Of a stretch of 24,000 nucleotides of DNA, positions 7,174-14,571 are shown piece after piece. The notes beneath the pieces are model-generated. The model searched no databases. It was not told the DNA's origin and saw nothing but the letters and a program-made list of their open reading frames with translations. Positions within the stretch are counted from its first letter, which is position 1. Each line of letters starts with the position of its first letter. This DNA comes from Candidatus Geocrenenecus dongiae (GTDB lineage Archaea; Thermoproteota; Nitrososphaeria_A; Caldarchaeales; Wolframiiraptoraceae), in assembly GCA_023267855.1 (NCBI GenBank), contig JALNLN010000019.1:5546-29545 (forward strand). Direction: 5' to 3'. Made by a program: the position numbers and the translations under genes.

Positions 7174-8604
7174 CTACTTTGATTTGAGGAGTTCTCCAAC
7201 AATATTGTCTACCTCAGCTAAGAACATAGTCTTTTTTGCTAGCGGAATTTCTGCCCCCGCTGCTACATCATGCCCACCGCCAACTCCGCCAACGTTCTCA
7301 GCTGCCTTCCTCATCACATAGCCGAGGTTCAATCCTCTACTTACAAGTTTATTTGAAGCTCTGGCTGATATCTTGACTTTATCTCCTACTGTGGCCAACA
7401 TTATGAGGGGTTTATCTTCTGGGAGGAGTTCTGAAGATGAGAGTATGGAGGATGCTGAACTAACCATCCTATCATCTATAAACGTTCCACCATCTATGGC
7501 TACTATATATTTTAGTTCTTGCCAATTCTCTCTCTTAACAACATAGTCTAATACTTCCGAAAGCTTCTTCCTATATTCTTCTAGAATCTTTTGAGCCTGC
7601 ATTAGTAGTTCTCCTCTAGACCCCATAGCTATAGCTATACCTACCCATTCATTTCCAGTTTTTGCACAAGCATTAAGTAGAGAAGCAAATTCTCTAGCAT
7701 CTTTAAGAGGTGTCCAATCTTCTTCTCTAGTAAGTTCATATACTTTTCCAACAAGCTGTTTTACTATACTCGGTGGATAGTTAAGAGAAGATAGATACTT
7801 CATTAATCCATTGTATATCGTCTTCTTTTCTTCTTCTGTAAGTTCTGCGAAAACTCTCCACCTATCGTCTTCTTTCAATTTTATCTTTAATGAGCTTAGA
7901 AAGCTTACAGCATGTGCTTCACTTCCAGTAATGGTCGGTATGTATGGGCTTGTCGTCATCGCTAGAGCTAGATGGAGCGGTCTATAGGTTCTTCCATAGA
8001 ATAGTAAATCATCCACAACCTTAAGGAGACCAAGTTTTACAGAATCTTCAACAATCATTTTATTTAATCCTGTAAGTTCTCTTCCTTCAGAAGATTTATC
8101 TTGTAGATCTCCTAGAGCTCCTACAACAGCTACTGTGGAGAGTGTAGTATTTTCTTCATTTATCTCTCTAGCTAAGAAGTATACGATACCAGCACTACTT
8201 ATTTCTCTCGCTCCATCTACATTACAGATATGCGGGTTTACGTGTACCCAGTCTCTAGGTACATCAGCTTCAGATTCAAATTGATGGTGATCTAGGATTA
8301 CTGTAACCCTATCTCCAATTCTTTCTTTCAGAATCTCTAAGTAACCACTACCTATATCTGTCAATACTGCAACCATGTCTCTTGGCATATTCTGGACAGA
8401 TGTTAAGACTTCATCTATACTTCTAACAGCTCTAGTTATGAATTTAGCATTAGACCTTAAGAATAACATAGAAGCGATTGCTCCAGCAGATAGCCCATCA
8501 GCATCTGTATGACATAAGATCATAAATGATTTACCCTGTTCGATAAGTCCACTTAATTTATCCGCAGACTCATTAACCAAGTTCAAAAACTCTCTATAAC
8601 CCAT
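7174..8604 (-). CDS. RecJ-like DHH/DHHA1 phosphoesterase (archaeal Cdc45/GAN homolog)
   Basis: DHH motifs are present: ILCHTDADGLSAG (I), VLTDIG (II), ILDHHQ (III), GALGD (IV). The DHHA1 motif GGGHDVAAGA is also present. The gene sits directly downstream of rps15, a neighbourhood known for archaeal RecJ/Cdc45 homologs. Confidence 0.85.
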   Translation of the reverse strand: MGYREFLNLVNESADKLSGLIEQGKSFMILCHTDADGLSAGAIASMLFLRSNAKFITRAVRSIDEVLTSVQNMPRDMVAVLTDIGSGYLEILKERIGDRVTVILDHHQFESEADVPRDWVHVNPHICNVDGAREISSAGIVYFLAREINEENTTLSTVAVVGALGDLQDKSSEGRELTGLNKMIVEDSVKLGLLKVVDDLLFYGRTYRPLHLALAMTTSPYIPTITGSEAHAVSFLSSLKIKLKEDDRWRVFAELTEEEKKTIYNGLMKYLSSLNYPPSIVKQLVGKVYELTREEDWTPLKDAREFASLLNACAKTGNEWVGIAIAMGSRGELLMQAQKILEEYRKKLSEVLDYVVKRENWQELKYIVAIDGGTFIDDRMVSSASSILSSSELLPEDKPLIMLATVGDKVKISARASNKLVSRGLNLGYVMRKAAENVGGVGGGHDVAAGAEIPLAKKTMFLAEVDNIVGELLKSK

Positions 8605-8650
8605 TCTACAAATAAAAGATGTTTAAGCTGAATTAAAGAATTTACAGTAT

Positions 8651-9097
8651 CTACTTATACGTGTATACAAGTTTTGGTTCCCAGTCTTGTGGGAGTTCTC
8701 CAATTCTCTTATAGTATTTGACAAGTCTGTGGATTTTTGCTTCAACAAGCTGTAATCTATGTCTATTGTATCTATCTGATCTATTTTTCTCTAAATGTAC
8801 CCTCATTCTTCTAGCTCTTTCGAGAAGATTCATAAGATCTTCTGGAATTTGAGGCTTTAACCCATTTTCTTCAAGAATTTGTTTAATAGATTTCCCTGTA
8901 ACTTGTTTTACTAACGGTATCCCATGCCGATCTCTAAGTATGACGCCGATAAGACTTGGAGGATATCCTTCTCTCGCATACTTAACTACTAATGCTTCTA
9001 CTTCTTCTGGAGTAACTTTCAGCCAAGAAGGTGGAAGCTTACTTATAGGTCTCTTAGACCCAGACTTCCCCCTCCTCCTAGCATGCATCCTAGCCAT
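8651..9097 (-). CDS. rps15: 30S ribosomal protein S15 (uS15, S13e type)
   Basis: [17 protein letters not shown]...PSWLK...[14 protein letters not shown] is typical archaeal S15. Confidence 0.95.
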   Translation of the reverse strand: MARMHARRRGKSGSKRPISKLPPSWLKVTPEEVEALVVKYAREGYPPSLIGVILRDRHGIPLVKQVTGKSIKQILEENGLKPQIPEDLMNLLERARRMRVHLEKNRSDRYNRHRLQLVEAKIHRLVKYYKRIGELPQDWEPKLVYTYK

Positions 9098-9223
9098 TCA
9101 ATCCTACCCAAGATAAGCTCTCAAGAACTTCTATTTAACAATAAACTTCTAAATGTTCTAGAAGAGATATCGTGAATCTGCTTACACTCTTAAATGTTGG
9201 GATTGTCTTATCAGAATATTATG

Positions 9224-9736
9224 TTAGGAAGTTTGTTTTTTCTTTTCTGTTTTCTTCTTTTCTCTTCTAGCTATATGTTTTAAGAGTGTGTTCGGTAACT
9301 GTATTTCTTTATCTTTTCTTATTGATGGATGGTGGGGATCGACCATTATTACTTCAAACCATTTATACATTCCATCTTCTGCTACCCAGTATGCTCCTAG
9401 AGGATAGAGGTTTGGGAACTTCTTCTTAGCATGCTGTATCGCTTCTTCCTTCATCGAGACATTTACTTTATGTTTAACGACTCCGATAGCTTTCGGTCTT
9501 CTACCAGCTCTAGGTCTAGGTTTCTGGAATCCTCCCCTCCTAACCCTAACCCTAACAACGGCAAATCCCTGTTTAGCTTTATATCCAAGTTGTCTCGCTC
9601 TATCAAGTCTAAGAGGTTTATCAACTCTAACAACCGCGGGCTGTCTTCTCCACTTAATCAACCTCTCCTTCATCAATGCTCTAAGTTCTTCAGGCTTCTC
9701 TCTCCACAATTCGTTAAGCTTACTGTAAAGCGACAT
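9224..9736 (-). CDS. rpl15e: 50S ribosomal protein L15e
   Basis: MSLYSKLNELWREKPEE...RVRVRRGG...GYKAKQG is typical L15e. The ORF track uses TTG 9751. ATG 9736 fits family N-termini and a TATA box about 35 nt upstream. Confidence 0.93.
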   Translation of the reverse strand: MSLYSKLNELWREKPEELRALMKERLIKWRRQPAVVRVDKPLRLDRARQLGYKAKQGFAVVRVRVRRGGFQKPRPRAGRRPKAIGVVKHKVNVSMKEEAIQHAKKKFPNLYPLGAYWVAEDGMYKWFEVIMVDPHHPSIRKDKEIQLPNTLLKHIARREKKKTEKKKQTS

Positions 9737-9767
9737 CCCTATTCTCTTCAATCAAGTATACAGCATC

Positions 9768-9775
9768 TATATAAT
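9768..9775 (-). promoter_or_regulatory. TATA box for rpl15e
   Basis: The minus strand reads ATTATATA, centred about 35 nt upstream of ATG 9736. This implies a very short leader. Confidence 0.4.
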
Positions 9776-9903
9776 GTTTACGGTTTTTTCCTAAAAATAC
9801 GATAACAACTCAGTCATGAGCAAATGCTTTAAAGATTTAGTGTGACCATGGTTAACTATATTTTTGAATTTTGTTGATTAAAAATCGTAGAAGATGTTTA
9901 TGT

Positions 9904-11301
9904 TTATTTTTGTTTTTTCAAATGTTTCTTTTTAGTCTTTCTTCTTATTCTTATTGCTAGGATTGCGATTATTATCGGTATGAGTAGGAGTAGTGAGCTG
10001 GCTATCATGTATATATCTGTAAGCTCTATTGCTGGCTGTTCCTCAGTTTTCGTAACATTAGCTGTCTTCGTCTTTTCTTCTTTATAGACTAACGGAATTT
10101 TTTCACTAACACCCATATTCTCAGCTAAATCGTACGCTACTACATTTACTTCTACTTCTTCATTACTTTTAAGGTTAAAGCTAGCTGCATATAGATTCTC
10201 TTCTCCGAGTTTATCCATTGGGTAGTATCTTTCATCTCCAGGTAGGCCGGGGATTTTACTCTTAACCGTTACGATTAGTGTAACGTTTTTGAGATCATTA
10301 TCTGGATCGAATACTCTAGCTAATGCTTTGAATGATCCTTCTCCAGCTGGTTTTATTTCGAATTCTGTTATTCTTGGAGGTCTAGATAACCAAACCCATC
10401 CAATTCTCATATTGGTCGTATCTATAAACCATAGTCTATCACTACTTAGAACGTCTCCGAAAATCCTTCCATTCACATACACTTCATATACTTCTTCTTC
10501 TATCTCACCTATAACCCATCTGGATCTGGCGGTGTAGATGATTCTTCTCCCATCTTCAATTACATATAGACCTATGTCTATCGTGCTTCCATTTCTCAGC
10601 TGCCACTTCTTTTCAATAATCATGTTGCTGGATATCTTTTGGATCTTATCTTTTTCGGTAGCTACGATTACGCCTTCTTTGAATGCTTTGATAACCATTA
10701 CTCTTTCATCTAACTTTATGCTAGACCGAGCACCACTTTCTAAATCTATCTTGATCAATGTGTATCCATCTGAAGAAACCGCCCAGAAGTTTCTACCATA
10801 TATTGAAATCTTTCCTAAACCATAAGCTAAGTCAACCTCAAAAAAATACTTCTTCTCTAAAGTTTCTACATCATAAATTTCTATAACATCTAAGTCTGGT
10901 AGAGATACTGCTAGCAATCCATCATACACTTCTATATCATTTGGGTTGCTGGCCAGCCCAATCTCGATGAGCTTCCCATGGAAATACATGTATAGCTTAC
11001 TTGACGTATGTGAGATAAAGAACATTCTATCTTCTGATACAGCTACTTTTACTGGTTCTATACTTATCCCAAGAGATTTAACTAATCCTGAAGAGATATC
11101 CACAGAAACAAAATCTCTAACTGATAAATCGTAAACTATTAAATCTCCTTTGTAAATAGTTATTAAGCTTGGTTTTAAATGTATGTATTCTAAGTATCTT
11201 GGCTGAGAGATAGCATAGACAGAGCCTACACAAAATACGCTTAAAATTACGATTAACATCAAAGCTACCGTAAAGATTAAGGTTTCCCTCAAGACCTCCA
11301 T
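9904..11301 (-). CDS. Hypothetical extracellular beta-rich protein with N-terminal signal/anchor helix and C-terminal transmembrane anchor
   Basis: N-terminal helix IFTVALMLIVILSVFCVGSVYA. A long beta-strand-rich middle has repeated hydrophobic-x-hydrophobic-D/Y patterns and looks propeller-like. An Ig-like C-terminal module follows. The end is IYMIASSLLLLIPIIIAILAI plus the basic tail RIRRKTKKKHLKKQK. Confidence 0.6.
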   Translation of the reverse strand: MEVLRETLIFTVALMLIVILSVFCVGSVYAISQPRYLEYIHLKPSLITIYKGDLIVYDLSVRDFVSVDISSGLVKSLGISIEPVKVAVSEDRMFFISHTSSKLYMYFHGKLIEIGLASNPNDIEVYDGLLAVSLPDLDVIEIYDVETLEKKYFFEVDLAYGLGKISIYGRNFWAVSSDGYTLIKIDLESGARSSIKLDERVMVIKAFKEGVIVATEKDKIQKISSNMIIEKKWQLRNGSTIDIGLYVIEDGRRIIYTARSRWVIGEIEEEVYEVYVNGRIFGDVLSSDRLWFIDTTNMRIGWVWLSRPPRITEFEIKPAGEGSFKALARVFDPDNDLKNVTLIVTVKSKIPGLPGDERYYPMDKLGEENLYAASFNLKSNEEVEVNVVAYDLAENMGVSEKIPLVYKEEKTKTANVTKTEEQPAIELTDIYMIASSLLLLIPIIIAILAIRIRRKTKKKHLKKQK

Positions 11302-11365
11302 TTTCCTGCCTCTAACTACGACATAAGCACGTAATTTTTAAAGCTATCTTTACTATAATTTTATC

Positions 11366-12910
11366 GTGGAAAGCAGATATAAGAAAGTACTAGTTGTAGA
11401 TTTCGGTGGACAGTACACTCACCAGATTGCACGTAGAGTTAGAGAACTCAAAGTGTATTCAGAGATTATCTCGCCAGAAGATTTTGAGAAAGAGTTAAAG
11501 AAAATGGATATTGCTGGAGCGATCTTATCAGGTGGCCCAAAGAGTGTTTTAGATGAAGATTTAGAGAATGTTAAAAAAGTTTTAGAGAGTACTGAGAAGC
11601 CTGTTCTCGGAATATGTTATGGGCATCAGCTTTTAGCGAAAGCTTTCGGCGGACTGGTGGAGAAGAATGTTGTTCGAGAGTACGGTAGAACGAGAATCAA
11701 GATAGTCTACAGAGATAAACTCTTAACAGATCTTCCAGAAGAATTCTGGGCTTGGATGAGCCACTGGGATACCGTTACAAAACCCCCAAAAAGTTGGATA
11801 GTTACAAGTATCAGTGAAAGTGGAGCTATAGCATCTATGACAGACAATCACAGAATATATTCAACACAATTCCATCCAGAAGTTACTCACACAGAACATG
11901 GTTTAAAGATCTTAGAAAACTTCCTTAGAAAAATATGTTACGTAGAACCATGGTGGGATCCAGGGGATGTAGTTGAGAAGATTGTAGAAGATATTAGAAA
12001 CATGGTTGGACCTGGTGAGAATGTTGTTTGTGCTGTAAGTGGTGGAGTAGATTCAACGACAACAGCCGTTATAACGCATAAAGCTATTGGAGATAGACTA
12101 TACTGTATATTCATAGATACTGGGTTAATGAGGAAAGATGAGAGAGAAGAAGTAGTGGAAACACTAAAACATGTAGGAATAAAGAATCTAATAGTTATAG
12201 ATGCATCTAAGAGATTTCTAGAAAAACTTAGAAGAATAACAGATCCAGAAATAAAGAGGAGGATAATTGGAGAAGAGTTTATAAGGATTTTTGAAGAAGA
12301 AGCCTTAAAGATACCTAATGTTAAATGGCTTGCACAGGGGACAATCTACCCTGACAGGATAGAGAGTGGAAGAGTTGGAGCAAAATCAAGCCTCATTAAA
12401 TCTCACCACAATGTAGGGGGTCTACCAGATAAGATGAATTTAAAACTTATCGAACCTTTAAAAGACTTCTACAAAGATGAAGTTAGAATGATAGCTAGGA
12501 AGCTAGGTCTACCTAAGAATATATGGACTAGACACCCATTCCCAGGACCTGGTCTAGCAGTAAGAATAATTGGAGAAATAAATGAAGAGAAACTTAGAAT
12601 ATGTAGAGAAGCGTCGGCAATAATTGAAGAAGAACTTAAGAGAGCAGGTTTATATGAAGAAGTTTGGCAAGCATTCGCAGTCGTTGGAGATGATAAATGG
12701 GTTGGAGTAATGGGAGATACTAGAAAAGAAGGCTACATAGTAACAGTTAGAATAGTCCAAAGTATAGACGGTATGACAGCAGACTGGTACAAAATAAACT
12801 ACGAACTACTCGACAAGATCTCTAGAAGAATAATAAACGAAGTCGAGAACGTAACAATGGTAACATACGCAGTGACATCTAAACCTCCCTCAACAATAGA
12901 GCCATGCTAA
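11366..12910 (+). CDS. guaA: GMP synthase (glutamine-hydrolysing), fused GATase + ATP-pyrophosphatase
   Basis: GATase residues GICYGHQ and FHPEV are present, as is the PP-loop SGGVDST and the C-terminal dimerisation domain ending PPSTIEPC. GTG 11366 is the only start upstream of the conserved VLVVDFGGQY. Confidence 0.95.
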   Translation: MESRYKKVLVVDFGGQYTHQIARRVRELKVYSEIISPEDFEKELKKMDIAGAILSGGPKSVLDEDLENVKKVLESTEKPVLGICYGHQLLAKAFGGLVEKNVVREYGRTRIKIVYRDKLLTDLPEEFWAWMSHWDTVTKPPKSWIVTSISESGAIASMTDNHRIYSTQFHPEVTHTEHGLKILENFLRKICYVEPWWDPGDVVEKIVEDIRNMVGPGENVVCAVSGGVDSTTTAVITHKAIGDRLYCIFIDTGLMRKDEREEVVETLKHVGIKNLIVIDASKRFLEKLRRITDPEIKRRIIGEEFIRIFEEEALKIPNVKWLAQGTIYPDRIESGRVGAKSSLIKSHHNVGGLPDKMNLKLIEPLKDFYKDEVRMIARKLGLPKNIWTRHPFPGPGLAVRIIGEINEEKLRICREASAIIEEELKRAGLYEEVWQAFAVVGDDKWVGVMGDTRKEGYIVTVRIVQSIDGMTADWYKINYELLDKISRRIINEVENVTMVTYAVTSKPPSTIEPC

Positions 12911-12920
12911 AACAAAGTAA

Positions 12921-12930
12921 AAAATATATA
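12921..12930 (+). promoter_or_regulatory. TATA box for tRNA-Val(UAC)
   Basis: AAAATATATA is centred about 30 nt upstream of the mature tRNA 5' end. Confidence 0.45.
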
Positions 12931-12957
12931 GAGAACTATTCACATAATCTCTAACCG

Positions 12958-13030
12958 GGGCCGGTAGTCTAGAGGCTATGACGCCGCCCTTACGAGGCGG
13001 AGGACGTGGGTTCGAATCCCACCCGGCCCA
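12958..13030 (+). tRNA. tRNA-Val (anticodon UAC), no intron, CCA not encoded
   Basis: Hand-folded cloverleaf. Acceptor GGGCCGG/CCGGCCC. Anticodon stem CCGCC/GGCGG with loop CTTACGA. T-arm GTGGG-TTCGAAT-CCCAC. Discriminator A. The gene is GC-rich against AT-rich flanks. Confidence 0.92.
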
Positions 13031-13132
13031 TTATTCATCTTGTTATTTTCACACTTCTTTAGGATTAAAAATATTTTGATAGTGGGTTGCTGAGAAATGA
13101 TCTAAGTCAAGGTAGAAGATAAGATGTTCTTT

Positions 13133-13507
13133 TTATTCTGTTTGCATGGTTTTTAAGATTTCTCTACCTTCTTCTTCTTCAAGTTTTAGAGTTTTCTTTT
13201 CTAGGAACGGGAATTTCTTAGAAGCTTCTGTGATTTTCGTGAGGTTGGTCCATGTGATCTTTACTTGAGAAGGGTTCTTCCTGCCTAATGCGTATGGGTC
13301 TATGTTCATTATACCTTCACTATCAGCTATGAGCGGTCCATAGAGGATATCTTTATCAACGATGTGGAGAAATATTATGTCTCCTTTCTTAACATCTTTA
13401 ACTTCTTTCCACATTCTTCCAGGTGCTCCAACAAGCTTTTTCTCCAAACATTCCTCCTCCATACCTCCACTACAAGTAAACTTCCAGTACCTTACTTCCT
13501 CACTCAT
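13133..13507 (-). CDS. Small stand-alone PUA-fold protein, DCD/EVE-like (predicted modified-nucleic-acid reader)
   Basis: 124 aa. The order and spacing of YWKFTC..EEECLEKKLVGAP, GDIIFLH, LYGPLIA.SEG..NIDPYA and PSQVKITW mirror the DCD-domain motifs (FGLP, LFL, PAQV). SD AAGGAGAG lies just upstream of the ATG, and a TATA-like TTTTATATG sits about 35 nt upstream. Confidence 0.55.
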   Translation of the reverse strand: MSEEVRYWKFTCSGGMEEECLEKKLVGAPGRMWKEVKDVKKGDIIFLHIVDKDILYGPLIADSEGIMNIDPYALGRKNPSQVKITWTNLTKITEASKKFPFLEKKTLKLEEEEGREILKTMQTE

Positions 13508-13674
13508 AATCTCTCCTTAAGAAGATTAGAATATCCATAAACATATAAAAATTAACTTTTAAAAATTCTTTTTAGAAATTACTTTAACATTTTCACATCA
13601 TATAGCTGAAGCTCGGTCTGTATTTCTTTCTCATAATTAACATACTCAGACTAATTCTGTAGTTAATTTGCATG

Positions 13675-14409
13675 TTAAAGATCTTTAGGGTGGAATATTT
13701 TTTCAAGGCTTAGCCATTTTAAGGATTTCAAGATATATTTTTCTCTATGTGATTGCAGTTTTTTCTCTAATTTTTCTAGGGCCGTGTCAAGTTTTACGCC
13801 AATCTTTACTGAGATTATATGTGTAGTTAGTGTAAGATGCTGGCAATCTACAAACAATTCTCTTAGATCTTCTTCATCTAGTAGATTTTCACATTTATGG
13901 GGTGAGAGACCTCTCAGCAAGATCACGTCCAGTCCGTTCAATACTAATTTCTCAACAATCTTCCTAAATAATATTGAAGGTTTCTTTAATGTTAAATTGA
14001 TAGGATAACCTACATCTATCCATAAAGTATTTACTAGGTCTTGGTAATCTAATTCTACATACATGTCTAGGTACTCCATCCACTCATCTATATAGGCATC
14101 TTCAGTGATCGTTGAGCCGTCTAGAGAAGGATAAGAATAGGATATCTTTCCATGTTTAATTTCTTCTATCCAGCATGTTCTAAGAACCGGTTTTAGAGAA
14201 GACTGTAACGGGTATAGTGTATACATACTGGTAATAGATGTGAGGAGCGCTGGATTCTCTGTTTCCAAGATCAGCCACTTCTCTTTAACCTCCAATCTTA
14301 CATCAATCTCAACATTCTTCAAAATACTCCTAAACCATTCTTCTAAACTAGGTAAATCTACATACTCATCAATCATCTCATGTAAAACTAGTTTAACCAT
14401 TCCTTCCAT
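13675..14409 (-). CDS. Hypothetical protein, 244 aa, acidic, no family recognised
   Basis: Long uninterrupted ORF with coding-like composition. I can see no motif. Its ATG lies within 15 nt of the GC-rich structured element. Confidence 0.6.
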   Translation of the reverse strand: MEGMVKLVLHEMIDEYVDLPSLEEWFRSILKNVEIDVRLEVKEKWLILETENPALLTSITSMYTLYPLQSSLKPVLRTCWIEEIKHGKISYSYPSLDGSTITEDAYIDEWMEYLDMYVELDYQDLVNTLWIDVGYPINLTLKKPSILFRKIVEKLVLNGLDVILLRGLSPHKCENLLDEEDLRELFVDCQHLTLTTHIISVKIGVKLDTALEKLEKKLQSHREKYILKSLKWLSLEKIFHPKDL

Positions 14410-14571
14410 AGAAGATTCCAGTCTATGGTTTAGTGGGGTGCCCTCGATTTTTCGAGGGCTTCCCAGCGTTCAGAGTAGGCTTTACGCCTATCTCCTCATC
14501 TGCTGGTACGGGGGCCCCACAGCTCCCCCCACCCATAGAGGTTTACCCTATGGGTTAGGCATCAATAAAAA
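14410..14571 (-). ncRNA. GC-rich structured element: candidate TnpB omega-RNA (reRNA) scaffold / IS200-IS605 right end
   Basis: I count 76/130 G+C over 14431-14560, against 28-37% in sampled flanks. There are three local hairpins plus a long-range helix. It begins right after the tnpB-remnant stop. Strand is assigned from tnpB context only. Confidence 0.45.

Noticed and set aside
9126-9164. AACTTCTA direct repeat (9126-9133 and 9144-9151) plus inverted TAGAAG (9159-9164) in the rps15 promoter region.
   Set aside because: These are short 6-8-mers in a 126-nt AT-rich spacer and are compatible with chance. There is no partner regulator to tie them to.
9539-9556. Telomere-like hexamer repeat CCTAACCCTAACCCTAAC (TTAGGG about 2.5 times on the minus strand).
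   Set aside because: It lies inside rpl15e and simply encodes the conserved VRVRVRR peptide. It is a codon-driven coincidence.
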